From NCBI GenBank assembly GCA_001949185.1, contig BDGG01000009.1, forward strand, positions 361,624-425,623: 64,000 nucleotides of DNA, given 5' to 3'. This DNA is from Ramazzottius varieornatus. Lineage: Eukaryota; Animalia; Tardigrada. Position 1 is the stretch's first letter; every line of letters begins with the position of its first letter. The notes under the pieces were generated by a model. It worked only from the letters and a program-made list of their open reading frames with translations, was not told the DNA's origin and searched no databases. Both the position numbers and the translations under genes were made by a program. This document shows, piece by piece, positions 36,556 through 49,282 of this stretch.

Positions 36556-39500
36556 TTAGTCGCAGCAGTCGTCCCCACCTCCTCTGGGCGATGGATCATC
36601 TTGCAGCTTGATCATATCATCGATACGGAGGATGGTGATGGCTGCTTCCGTAGCGAACTTGAGACTCTTGACTTTGGACATGGTCGGCTCCAGCACACCG
36701 GCTTTCTTGTTATCCCGGGTTTCGCCGTTCATCAAGTCTAATCCATACCTGCCAACACCAGCGTTAGCCACTCGACATTTGATCTACTACGAGAAATTAG
36801 GAAACAGCCATGAAAAAGATATCTTTCGAGCGTCGGAAAAATTCCTGCTTTTTTTCGACGAAGCTTGCGGTCAAAATTTATCGGGCACGGCCTTAACACG
36901 GGACGTATGTCAAGGAAGTGCCAGTTACAATCGTGAGAAATTATTCGTAGGAAAATGGCAGAAATATAACTGGGACGCCAAATCTTAATAACTCGCCATG
37001 ACTAGAACGAACAATACTGTAAAAATTCGCTGCGTCCGCGCAGTACGTACACGTACAAGATGATGCATCCCCGTAGGGGGTTGCACAAGCAGTAAAGCCG
37101 GACCGGAGCTGTACTTCACGTGCACGATGACGTGAAGCGCGGACGCAGCGAATTTTTACAGTATCATTTTCCTTACCACTTCAAGTAGTCGTGCTCGGGT
37201 TTGGTTTGTGCGCTGTTATGGAAGGCTCTCAGTTTGGCCACAAGCTCGGTGGCATCTTGGGCGGCATTGACGGCCAGCGTCTTGGGGATTACCAGCAAAG
37301 CTCGGGCGAACTCGGCGATGGCCAGCTGCTCCCGTGAACTCTGAAAACAGATCGACGCATCAACGACATGCCGTCATGTTTGGAAGAACCTCGCAACCTG
37401 TATGCATATTTGGGAGGTCGGCAACTGCACTTGACATGATTTTTGGTTCAATTGGCGGACGTATCCATGGTTATTAGCCCTACTTGTGCGCCACTTCCAA
37501 TAATGATCTGGTACGTTTCGTCATTTTAAGCGGTGCAGGTTTTCATCTATTTTTGGCTTGAAATATGCCCTACATGGAAAAAAGATCATGGTAAAGTTTT
37601 CTGCCGACATCTCATTTATTATTGAACGTGATTACACGTACCAGAGTTGTAGCGAAGTTTTCCAAGTAAATGGAGAGAGCCGTCTCGACCGCTCCGCCAC
37701 CGACTACCACCGTCTTACTCTCCATAACCCGCTTGACGACGCAGAGGGCGTCATGGATGGACCGTTCCATCTCATCGACAAAGAAATCGTTGGCGCCGCG
37801 GAGAATGATGCTGGCTGCCGAACGGGCTTTGGTCCCCCGGATGAGAATCAGCTCGTCATCGCAGATTCGCTCTTGTACGACTTCGTCGGCGTGACCCAGG
37901 AAAGAAGGCTCGAAGCTTTCTTCCCCTTCCATGTTAGCCAAATTCATCACGAACGTCGCTGCGAATAAAAAACAGACCTCCAGAATCATGATCAGAGGAT
38001 GAGAAAATTCAGCGGGGAGAACTGAGCCGAACCAGATCGATTCCTCCTGGTAGCGCACGTGTAAAACCAAAACGTGCGCCACTTGGTCAAGCAAAGCAAC
38101 TCGACAAGATCGTTCTCCCAAGTGGCCCACTCTCTTGGACCATAACAACAGAAACGTACGTCACTTGAAAAAACGATCGTTTGCCGATGTCTCAATTACG
38201 ATATAGAAGGGAAAAAGAATGCTCCTACCACCGGTAGCTTTGGCGATGGCTTTCATGTCGGAAGTCTTGACTCGGCGAACTCCCATGGCTCCAGCTTCCA
38301 CAAAGTACTTGAGGCACAGATCATCGATCCCACCGGTGCACAAGATGACATTGGCACCAGCGGAAATGATCTTTTGGATACGCTCCTTTGTAATATCGTA
38401 CTCTCTGTAAGGACATTTGGTTTACTCTCCAATATTGTTCGACAATTTCATGACTTACCGTTGTCGAATGGCTTCGAGTTTCTCTGGATCAGTAACGAGG
38501 ACTTGAATACCGAACATCAGCTTGGCCTTCATCAGGCTGAAGTCCAGGCAGGCAATCTTGGCGCCGGTGATCTTCCTGGACATCTGCTGCGAGGCGATGG
38601 TGCAGTTGAGAGCATAGCCGGGCACTAGGATACTCTCGCGAGAGCTGCGTCCATGCGCCTTCAACACGTTGACGGCCTTGACAGGCACTTTGTAACCTCC
38701 CTTGTGGTCCGAATAGCGAACGGCAGTTGCGGCGTCCACCACCATGGTGCCGAAGAAATCCGAATCCCTGCAATAACACGGGAATCACAAACTGTTGACA
38801 GCTGTCCAACAGACGACAACCGATACTTATTCCCTGTGAAACGAGAAACGACACAAGACAAATATCGACAAACAAAATCGACAAGATCGTCATTCAAGTG
38901 GCGCACACTTCCAGACTGTAACACTGAAACATGCGCTACTCGAGGAAACCATCGTATTTGTTTCCGAGCTCCAAAAATGACTTCGCACGATTGCCAGCCA
39001 TCCCAGACACCGATACAGTTCACCACAGTCCACACAATCCACCACATTACTGTTCGCTAAACGAGGCCGTTAAGAGCAGTCAGCAGTGCTTGAATGAAAC
39101 TTACGAGCCGATCAGTTTGGAGGACATGCTGGTCTTCGCTACATTCAGCAACGTATCTCTGCCCAGTTCTTCCACGCTGATCGTCAGGTGTTCCTGGATA
39201 TATTTCACAGCTTCCCTAAAAGTACATCAAACATTAAACGTCAGAAACAGATCGACACGAGAGCTTTTCTTCGTCATTGAGGCTTGTGAGTCTGTCGACA
39301 CTGACTTGCAAGCGAGAAGGTAGCCGCTGATGATGGACGTCGGGTGGATTTTCTGCTTCACCAGCTCGTCAGCGTTCTTTAACAACTCCGCAGCCAGGAT
39401 CACCTGTATCAACATCATATACTTATCTCCCCTCGAAATAAGTTCGAAAGAAGGGAAACTAAGATTCACTTACCACCGAAGTTGTCCCATCGCCAACTTC

Positions 39501-39927
39501 TTTATCCTGCAGATCCGCCAACTCGCACAAAATTTTTGCGGCTGGGTGCTCGACTTCCAGAAGTTTCAGAATGGTTGCTCCATCATTTGTAATCGTGACG
39601 TCCTGGAAATAAGACAGCAGTGGGGTATGAACAGTACTCACGCGGTTGGGACCCCTGAACAAGTTGAAGGGTTCAGCCTACTCACGCCGATATCATCCAC
39701 TAGCATTTTATCCAAGCCCACTGGTCCAAGGGAACTTTTGACGATATTGGCAATGGCGTTCACTGCCATAACTAAAAAAAGAAGAAAGGACACGTGTGGA
39801 TCATGAGGATATGGTATTAAAGAAGGATAAGCGAAGAAGAGAGGGGGTTCAACCTACCGTTCTGTGAGCGGATGGTGTTACCGCTGATCCGCTCGCCCTG
39901 AATCGTTAAGAGGTTTTCCGAGTTCAT
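36556..39927 (-). CDS. TCP1: T-complex protein 1 subunit alpha (CCT-alpha), multi-exon
   Basis: [74 protein letters not shown]. Confidence 0.97.
36842..36964. repeat. Family B fold-back with duplicated inner core (TCP1 intron)
   Basis: CTGCTTTTTTTCGACG..GGGCACGGCCTTAACA..TGTCAAGG..CGTAGGAAAATGGCAG. Confidence 0.7.
37014..37164. mobile_element. MITE with a perfect 28-bp inverted repeat and TA-flanked ends (TCP1 intron)
   Basis: ATACTGTAAAAATTCGCTGCGTCCGCGC ... GCGCGGACGCAGCGAATTTTTACAGTAT. Confidence 0.85.
37436..37512. repeat. Family A palindrome (TCP1 intron)
   Basis: Arms 37449/37486, 25-nt spacer. Confidence 0.8.
38030..38191. repeat. Family A palindrome x2 (TCP1 intron)
   Basis: Arms 38047/38074 (15 nt) and 38119/38156 (25 nt). 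Confidence 0.88.
38865..38973. repeat. Family A palindrome (TCP1 intron)
   Basis: Arms 38895/38931, 24-nt spacer. Confidence 0.88.
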
Positions 39928-40428
39928 CTTCGAATCGTAGCGTGTACCCTGTGCTCGAATAGATGATGACCTGAAGAAGTGGCTTGAAGAGATAAGCCTC
40001 AATCTGAGTCAATCCTGTTGTTCTTGCCGAGAGAAAACGTCCAAAAAATCTGCGCCGGAACTGGTAGGCAGGAAAAAAGCAAATCAAAATCACCGGGTTG
40101 ATTGATCCGCTCACTGTGTTCCACGTGATGTCATACATGACACACAGCGAGTCATACTATGCCACTTCGTTCGGTTCCCTCTGTTCGCAATTTCGGAAGC
40201 CACTTTGTACCCTTGATTGAGCAAGCTGATTGGCCAGGTAGTGCATTCACACTTCTCCCTTCTTCTAACTCGTCTTTTGAGCTTTCTTCCGTTTCCGTCC
40301 ACCCACAGCAATTTTTGGCTTCTGAGTATTACTAGTTAAGAATGACCCGACCTCATTGCTGTAGGCCCCGCTGAGCACAGCAGTTAGACAGGTTGCCTTC
40401 AAGTTGTGTGCTTGTGTTCTGTTTGCAG

Positions 40429-41429
40429 ATGGAATTCTTGTTTGGAGCGCGACGTGGACAGAAGACGTTTAAGGTGGCTTTCCCCCTCTTCTGCCTGTAG
40501 ACCAGTGGTTATGCCTCTAACTATGACTTCCTTACAGCCCAAGAAAAGCATTCCTGAAGGAACCCATCGGTATGATCTGTTGAGGCATGCCTCGGCCACG
40601 CTGGGAAGTGGCGCTGATCTGCGCGAAGCTGTGCAGCTGCCTGATGGCGAAGACCTGAACGAATGGGTGGCTGTCCATATTGTCGACTTCTTCAACCAAA
40701 TCTCAATGCTCTACGGTACCATCACCGAGTTTTGTACCTCGCAACGATGTCCGTTGATGTCTGCAGGCCCCAAATACGAGTATCACTGGGCTGATGGACA
40801 AACGGTCAAGAAACCAATCAAGTGCTCCGCACCACAGGTAATGCACGTGCCTACTATCTTTGCCTGCTTTTCACGGTTTGGCCGTATGTACATGCAGGAC
40901 GCAAGTGAGAGTGGTCGTTGCGTTGCGTCGGTCATGCACCTACGTACCATATATACCTGCTTCTCGCGGTTTAGCCGTATGCATGAGACGTTGTTGCACC
41001 GTTTGAAGTATGTTGCAACGTTTGAAGTATGCATGTCTACGATGCGCTCAATGTTTGAAGCTGACAGTTCTATTAACATAGTTCTTTCTGCTTTTCTGGC
41101 AGTACATCGATTACCTGATGACCTGGGTTCAGCAGCAGCTGGACGACGAAGCAATGTTTCCGTCGAAGATTGGTGTGCCTTTCCCAAAGAACTTTCTGAC
41201 CAACGCCAAGACGATATTGAAGCGGCTCTTCCGGGTTTACGCCCACATCTACCATCAGCATTTACGCGATGTGATAGCCTTGGAGGAAGAAGCGCATCTC
41301 AATACGTCCTTCAAACACTTTACCTTTTTCATCCAAGAGTTTAACCTCGTGGAGAAGAAGGAACTGGTACCACTGCAGGAGCTCATTGACGAACTGAACA
41401 ATCGCGCTTCCAAAGCAGCCATCCGTTGA
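40429..41429 (+). CDS. MOB1: MOB kinase activator 1 (Mats), 3 coding exons
   Basis: MEFLFG..KTFK|PKK, ATLGSGADLREAVQLPDGEDLNEWVAV, MSAGPKYEYHWADG, FPSKIGVPFPKNF, ILKRLFRVYAHIYHQH. Confidence 0.97.
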
Positions 41430-41734
41430 ATTTGTGGCTTCCATGTCGAGAAGTAATTCTTTCTGAAATTCGCTTCCCAAATAAGTTTAGCGTTTTTATG
41501 GCCTTGTAAAAATTCCAGTCTTATCTTGTCAACACAATCCGTTAGAAACAATCCCTTCCGTCACTCTTCAGTTTTCGAAAATACTCTTGTGATTTTTATC
41601 CGCATGTTTCATTTAATTTTTATTTTGGCTAGCGTTCACGGGCTTTGGTTTTTACTGTTGCTGTACAGATGAAGGAGAAGACAGTTTTTTTCTACGAACG
41701 ATGCAGACTCAATCGCGGCAGAAGAGCCGAACAC

Positions 41735-41810
41735 AATCGTTATCTCAAGTGGCGCAATTTTACATCGTTGCCGGCTGGAAGTGTGCGCCACTTGGGAAAA
41801 CGATCAGGTT
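41735..41810. repeat. Family A palindrome (between convergent 3' ends)
   Basis: Arms 41746/41783, 25-nt spacer. Confidence 0.9.
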
Positions 41811-41957
41811 CAAGTCATTTGTTGTTGTATGGAGCTTCTTGGATGGTGTTATCGTTTCAACTGTGGGTTGTTCTGTAGTCTAGTGCAAAGTCGCTCATCA
41901 ACCCGCATTACAGAGTTTCTCGATCCCTCCGCGTGGAGAAATAAGTGGGCTGTAGCT

Positions 41958-42977
41958 CTACGAAAAGTACAAAATCTGGTCTTCGGTGGGCGACAAGAAA
42001 ATGTTATCGGAAGTGTATCGCCGAGGATGGCACATGAAGGCCAGCTTTTGATAAGCCACAACTCCACATCCGGGGATGATGTGGCACAAGTCCATGCAGG
42101 TTTGTCCGTCCATGACATTATTGATGGCCACACAGGCCGCGTTGATGCATGCCACGCCCGGACTTTGGGTGAGAGCCATGCCGGGCCAGGACGAGAATCT
42201 CTTGGAACTGTAGGCCAACAAGGAAGTGTCGGTGCTGTGCTGGTAGATCTGCGACCTGGCGGACTCGGCTGTGAAGGCCGTGCAGCCCATGGTGTTGAAG
42301 TTGTACTGGACGAAGCGACAACGAGGCACCATCTCGTAGCGCCGGCATAACTCCAGACAGGTGTGGGCATCGATGGTCTTTTGTAGGATGGTGGAGGTGG
42401 TCACGTTAGTCGTCACTGCTTCCCAACCGGACGCTTCGTATAACACCAGGTCCGACGGCTTGTCGATGGTTTGGACCGCTAATAAGCAAGTCAGAGAAGA
42501 TATTCAATCTCACTCTTCGCAAAACGGTGAAACGAAAAATGTTGAAGAATGTATTCAAGCAAGAAAATTGGGTGGCCGGCAAACACAATCTCGGGCGATT
42601 AGTATCTCAGGTGGCGCAGTTTTCCGTGTTATTTGCTGGTAACATGCGCCACTTCAGGTAACCATCGATACGAGGGCGTTTGCCGGTCTCTTAGATGAAA
42701 GACAGCTTCCGGCTTTTTCCGGTGTTTTTGTGGACTCAAAAAGCATTCCGTGGCTAAACAAAATCCTTCTCAAAGAGCCACAGAACTGACCTCCGGTTCC
42801 TGTGAAAGCCAACTGAATTCCGGGCATATCTTCCAAGATGCTTTTAGCAATGTCCCGCTTTTCCCGCTGAGCTTCCGCGGCACTTCCTGGTCCCTGCTTT
42901 TCCTCGTATGATGCTGCTTCGCGCGCCAGAAGACACGCCGCGACCATGAAGAAGGCATGCTTCATTCTCCCAACCAT
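41958..42977 (-). CDS. Secreted protein with two PAN/apple-like domains (2 exons)
   Basis: Signal peptide, REKR, then CLELC..RCRFVQYN..C and CMDLC..GCGVVAY..C. Confidence 0.7.
42595..42668. repeat. Family A palindrome (PAN-gene intron)
   Basis: Arms 42608/42644, 24-nt spacer. Confidence 0.85.
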
Positions 42978-43444
42978 GGTCTTGGGACTTTCCAGTGTCA
43001 ATCAATTCGAATAATATTCCCGCCAGTGATGGTCAGTGAGTAACGCAATGAGTTTCCACTTGGTATTACAAGAGAATCACTCTGTAGTGGATGGCGTTGA
43101 TAACTCAGTCACGTTCAAAGCCAGTTCGCTTCCCGCTGAACTGCTTGACGTTCAGGTTTCTCGCTTCCAATCAATACGTCCAATATTCCACTTTCTTATT
43201 GCTATGTGAACGAGAAACCTCTATCCGCCGTTCGGGATTGCGGACGAACGAAAGGTCTGCTTAGGCCTCCCGACTCTTCCGCTGGCGTTCGGCGCGGACA
43301 CACCCCTGATCAGGCAGAGTACCTTCCTGTAGTTTTTAGACCCAGGCTGAATATAACGTAACATGGTTGTATGAGTATACAAAGTCAATGTCTTTGCGGT
43401 ATGACGCTCAAAAGCCAAAGGTAAAAATACAGAACAAGTGTGTA

Positions 43445-46400
43445 CTATTCTTCAACATCCATTACATTTTCTGCAACTACATCATTACTTTTCTTCATCT
43501 TTTTATGGCTTCTCTTCGATGTTCCCTCTTCCCCAGCCTGCGGAATCTTCTTAACCGAAGTGTTGTCGCCTTCTTCCCTCTTAACGACTCGTCCTTCGAG
43601 TGTCTGACGGAAGAGGATGAGGACCTTCCTGGTCGACTTTGCGGCTTTGGCGTCCAGCTTCTTGTCCAGCAGTGCTTCCATCACGCGGGCCATTTCTTTC
43701 GTATCCCACAGTTCTTCAATGGGTTTGAACGAGGCTTCGTTCTGCTTAGTCTGCTTCCTGTGCTTCAAGACCAGGAAGCGACCGTAGTCACACACTTCCT
43801 CCAGTAGCTTCTTTACCCTTATCGGTCCTGCAAAATGCAACAGCTAAACACGGAAAAGACTTTGCCACAATGTGATCAGTCCACGCAAGCCAAATGCAAT
43901 TCCAGACACCGGTGGAGATAATTTGGGACATCGGCGAATGAATTCACCCAGATCGTTTGCACGAGTGGCGGCGCATGTCATAACCCAATAACAAGGATAA
44001 CGTGCGCCACTCTTTTCGACCCTCGAGTTCCACGCCATTTTTCTACGAACTAGCAAGACAAGAGGGAACAGGGAACCGACCTGTCCGATTTTTCGATATC
44101 TTGTAGAATTTCGTAGAAAAAGGGTAAAAGTTCAGTAAAACTGCGTGTTTGTCGTTTTACAACAATATCACTATTTTTTCACAATGACTTACCGTGGTGG
44201 TCCAGTGTCCTCTTGAGCGTCGTCAGCAGTGCTTGTCCGGCCGAAGTGACGAGCTGCTGGGATTCTTGTGGATTGATGGGTGTTGGGCCCTTGGTCCGCA
44301 TGACACTCCTGGCCACTTGGCACAGCTGCACCTGTCTGATGGGCGGGTACTTTCGCGACATCTTCTGGCCATCCAGCGTCTTGACGTCTCCTTCCTCTTC
44401 CTCATCGTCCTTGGGCGGTTTCCCTGCGTCTTTGGCAGCCTTTAGCACGAGCTCGTCCGAGAAGATGATGTCGTTCACGTCGGGCAGCAAGACGAAACCG
44501 ACACTGGAACCATGACATAACACAACCATGGCATAACATATCACTTTGTTATATCACCGTCTTACTGAACAGCGAACTCACTTGGTCAGAAGATGGTTCC
44601 ATAAGATGTGGCCAAAAGTGCAGCATCGTTTCCCTGCGAACGACTGCAGCTGGGGAACGTAGAAAGTGCGCAGAAGTCTGGTCCGTTCGTCAGGAGGAAG
44701 GTCCGTCATCAAGAGGGAAAGAATGCGCTGCGCGAAGAGGACGGCCTCGGTGCACTGCTGATGCAGCTTCAAGGAATGGACTTTGCTCGTTTCCTCGATC
44801 AGCTGACTCATCTGACCCATCACTTCGTCTATCGTTAAACTTTTCCTGATCTGAAAGGTGGAAAAAGTTAGGAAAGTTCCGCGGAAAAGAGCAATCTTAT
44901 CGTTACTTTATCTGCTTCGAATTTCCGACGGTATTTCGTCAAGTGGAGAATCTTTCCACAGGCATCGACCAGCAGGGTCTGCTTCTGTCGTTGGCTGTGC
45001 TTCACTTTCTGGTTGGCTAGCTTCACCAGCACACCGACAAAGGCCAGGAGGAGAGCGTCGTCTGCCTCGGCGTATGCGAACCAGGACATTATTAGACGCA
45101 GAGCTCTCATCTGTACATCCGCTTCGCCCGAGGCTCCATTACCACCCTTCTCATTCTTCCGCGCTCTCATCATGTTGGAAAAGACCTGCAACAGCAAATC
45201 TTTAATAATTCGGAACGACGAGGCACAAGATAGAAACTCAGCAGTGGAACGGGGTTATTGGGATAGTCAGCAAACGAACCCAAAAAGATTTTTTTTCGAA
45301 GTGGCGCACGCTGAGGATGTTATCGGGTCACAGCGTGCGCCAATTGGGAAAACGACCTTATCGAGTTTGTTAGTCGACTTCATTTTACCATTCTGCAACG
45401 AAAACGCTGACAAGGACGTGCCCGGCTTAGACTTGATGGGTGTTTTCTTGTAAGAAAAAGGCGAGATTCACTCAACACAAAAAGGATTCCGCTAGACAGG
45501 AAAGCTACCTTACCTCGTCGAGTTGGAACATGGCTTCGTCGTCCAGGTCAGGTTCACTTTCCACTTCCTCATCGTGACCATTAACGGGCATCTTGGCTAC
45601 ACCGGGAAGGAGGTTCAGAGCCGCTTTCTGTCGAGCCACCTCTTCGTTCTCCTGTGTATTCTCCTCATGTTCCTCCTCTACGTCGCTCCATTCGTCCTCA
45701 TTCTCATCTTCGTCTTCACTCTCAAACTCGATGGCCTCGCCTTCTTCGTTATCGTCCCCATCGTCATTCTCCGTTTCCACCTGTCAATCAAACAGCAATA
45801 CACACTTGACTTTTCTTCTCACCATGTACTTGTAACGTGCAAAAACGGGACGTCGGCCAACGAAGTCACCCAGATCAATTTCTCAAGTGGCGCACATTCT
45901 CGTTGTTATTGGACTGGAGCGTGCGCCGCTTGGGAAATGTTCTCGGTGATTTCATTTGCCGACGTCCCAATTTCGCTTTCATTTCGCAAAGTTAAAAACT
46001 TGGCTCAGCGGCCTCAACCTAATTATTGCTAGTGGTCTTACCAGCGTGAAGAGTTGAGTAACGGCTTCGTGATCCAAGAAGGGGCATATGGCTTTGAAGA
46101 GGAGTTCGACGGTGCCGAACATGTGTCGTTCTACTGCCAGCAGACTGAGAAGAAGAGTCAGAAGGCGGCCAGCAGCCTTCTGATCCGTCAAGCTTCCGCC
46201 CTGCTTCTTCAGGTCTTTCAGCAGGCTGCTCACTTCTTGCAACATTTCTTCGGCCAAGACCGGCTTGACTTTTAGCCAGAGCGCTGACACCGTCGTCGTC
46301 AGCAGTTCCAAGGCCCGCTTGATCCTTGGTCCCAACTCCAACTTTGCCAGCTGAAACCATACCACACAATGAAGCTACCCTCCAAACAGAAACAAGGCTT

Positions 46401-49282
46401 TAGCACCATAAACATAACGTGTGGGGACTCGCCGAACAAACTCGTCAAGACTGCTCACTCAAGTGACGCACGTTCCCAGTGTGTACTGGCAGATAGAGTG
46501 CGCCACTTGGAGAAAACGATTCTGTCAACTCTGTTTGCCCAGGTTCCATGGCGCACGCTTTCAGCCAAGAATACTAAAAATGTATGCCACTAGGAAAACC
46601 GCTTGTACTTTGTCGAAAAACGAGCTTGGCGAAAACGAATCAACGTACCTGTTTGCTCAAAGAGGCGCTCTTCTCGTTGGCATCGTTGGTCTTCTGTCGT
46701 TGTCGATCGCTTTCGTCATCGGCGTGATCTACGCCATTAACTTGGGCGGGGGAAGAGGCTAACGCTTTCATAACGGCTAGCTTGATGGCCACTTCCTTGT
46801 CCACTTCCTCCATATTCAGCAGCGCTGACTTACGGTTAAACTGCTCCAGCGACGAAGCCGACAGAAACTTCATCAAGGCCTTGGACGACATGGCTGCTTT
46901 GTCCTGTCCCGCACTAAAAACTACAGGGAAAAAACGAACTTATTAATACTGATACCAATTAGAAAGAGCTTGAGAAACTTCAGTAGGTACTGCGGAACGA
47001 TTTTGCACGTTCAGCGCATTTTGCTTTTTCTCCACCATCATTCTGACAAGGCAATGCTCGGCCCAGCCTTGACATGGAGCTTCGCAGGAAAATGGCGGAA
47101 CAAACGCAGCGCCAGATAAACACTGCACAGGAATTCTTGTCACTGAACCATGCTTCTTACCTTCTTGACCGAAGAAGGCAATCAGTTTGGAGAATGTCTG
47201 GACATCTTGGGGTGTCTTGACTTTATCCTTCAGGACGTTCTCCAACACCGCCATGATGTGTTTCTTCTCACCGGTCACGTTCTTGACCAGCGCCACCAGC
47301 GTCTCGCTGGCTCTGGCTGCCAGACCGGCATCCACCCGGTACAGCAACGTGCTGACAAAGCTACTCCACACCTTGTTGTACAGCACGCTCTTATCCGCCA
47401 GTAAACCTGTCAACACCTGCAAGAATACCATCTTGAGAGAAAATGATACGATAAATAGGAAAAGCGAAGCAAAGGACTCACTCTGTTGATGCAGTCTTGG
47501 TCGCGGGTTAACTTCAGCGCATTCTGCACTAGTGTGACCGCCTGGGTGGCGCTGGCGTGGATAGCTTTCAGGCCCTCCGTTTCGTTCTTGCGGTCCGTTA
47601 CGGCATTCCTCAGCAGTGCATTGAGGAACTTGCTGGTCACAATGGCCAGAATCTGCTTGCTGTCCGTAATGCCGCCTGTAAACACCATCAAAACCAGTAA
47701 GAGTAAGCTCACAGAGACTATGAGTGGGACCAACATTAGGTTACCGGTTGTGCTTTGCAGAAGAAAAGGTACCACGTCGAAGGGTATCTTGCCTTTCCAC
47801 GGTGTCGATTCGGCGACCGAGAGGTCGATGAAGTGCGCCCAGAAAACGGGGAAGGTGGCTGGACGAGCTTGGAAAGCTTTGGCGAAAGCTACGACAGCCG
47901 GATGAAGGAAGCGGGTCGATGTGGTGAAGAGCAGCTGAGAGATGGCTTCCGCATTCTTCTGATCCAGCAAGTCGGCTGTGTCTAGACTCTGCTTGAATAC
48001 CGACTTCATCACATCCTGTCAAGCACATGCGAATAAACACCATTTAGAATGAATACTACCAAGTACGAAGATCAAAGCCCAACCCGGTAGGTGGCAAACG
48101 AACTCAGTGTAAGTGGCTGAAGACATGCACCAGGTGAAAAAACTCAACAGGCCTGTTTACCCAAGTGGCGCACGACCACGATGATATTGGCTGGGAGAGT
48201 GCGCCACTCGGGAAAACGGTCTTGTCGAGTCCGAAATCCTGATTAGCAAGTTTACCTTATGGTGCTGCGAAGTCTGCAGAAGGAGCAACAAACCATCCAA
48301 ATCCAGCTCGCTGAACTTTCTTCCCAGATGTCCTTTCAGCTGAGGTAGCACGGAACGTTCGAAGCCGTCTGTCGGAACCTGGCAAGCCAAAACACAAAAT
48401 GATCAAAAACCGGGGACAAATCTGCACCTTCTCTATGGATAAAACCTTTTGAACGATCTGGTTGAGGATTTCGTGCACGGCGGCACGCAAATAAGTTTTT
48501 TCCTTCTCGAGCCTGAGCAAAATGTCCATAATAGTGCGGATGTGAGCGCCGCTGATACTCTGCAGGCGCCCACTGTTGATCAGCGCCATAATGACTGTCA
48601 ACTGGCCCACCGCCATCGTCTTCATATCATGTGAACTGGTGATTTTCAAACTCTGCTCCATCTCCAGTAAAACTTTCGAGTTCTTCAACGCAGGAAACTC
48701 CTGCAGGAGCTACAAAATCACATCACATCAGCTGTTCAGTAATGGCACGAAACCAGTTCGGAACGTACCACTGTCAAAGCTGCTCCGAATCCCCATCGTA
48801 CACCTTTCCGATTCGACCCTAATCCTCGAACTAACCGGGCCAACGTGTACTCCAGACATCTAGTTCCGTCAGAATCCTGGAAACACAGAGCAAATGCGCT
48901 CGAGATAACCCATTTTTACGTTGATGTCGATTTCGCAATCGGCCGCAGAAACGTCATGGCGTGCCATAACTCGTCCTCCACTCTGATCTATCGCATGCCG
49001 CAGGGCCACGTCCGAATTTTCAAATAGTCAGCATTATACTTGAAACGTTACCTCGTCACCGGCTTGCTCAGATTTTTGTCCGAGACCGCCATCATGCATC
49101 TCTCTATGCAGTTCCGAGATCAACTTAGTTGTAGCATCAATCTGTTTGGACTGGTTGAGCTCGGCTAAGTCCCAAAACAGATCGAGGATAGGCTGGGACA
49201 GTGGCAGAGAAGGCTTCTTCGACGGAGCTGTTTCCGTCTCGGCGTCGTTGCCCCTCTTCTTCAGTTGAGCTTCCGTTCCCAT
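43445..49282 (-). CDS. MYBBP1A: Myb-binding protein 1A / Pol5 (DNA_pol_phi family) nucleolar protein, multi-exon
   Basis: LDLFWDLAE..QIDATTKLISEL, YTLARLVRGLGS, acidic tract then DLDDEAMFQLDE, helical repeats, basic C-terminus. Confidence 0.85.
43923..44129. repeat. Family A plus degenerate Family B (MYBBP1A intron)
   Basis: Left terminus TTGGGACATCGGCGAATGAATTCACCCAGATCG; 25-nt spacer; B outer arms 44030-44129. Confidence 0.82.
45285..45467. repeat. Family A plus Family B (MYBBP1A intron)
   Basis: A arms 45298/45335 (25 nt); B 45382-45467. Confidence 0.85.
45847..45968. repeat. Full-length Family A element (122-bp fold-back, GGGACGTCGGC...GCCGACGTCCC)
   Basis: ~48-bp imperfect inverted arms around a 25-nt spacer; MYBBP1A intron. 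Confidence 0.92.
46423..46612. repeat. Family A palindrome x2 (MYBBP1A intron)
   Basis: Arms 46460/46498 (26 nt) and 46545/46582 (25 nt). Confidence 0.88.
47018..47100. repeat. Family B fold-back (MYBBP1A intron)
   Basis: TGACAAGGCAATGCTCGGCCCAGCCTTGACA core with degenerate outer arms. Confidence 0.78.
48140..48231. repeat. Family A palindrome (MYBBP1A intron)
   Basis: Arms 48162/48199, 25-nt spacer. Confidence 0.9.

Noticed and set aside
40838-40990. Diverged ~93-bp tandem duplication and read-through ORF in the MOB1 intron
   Set aside because: Canonical splice sites restore the conserved MOB1 sequence; the duplication looks like a local event with no sign of function.
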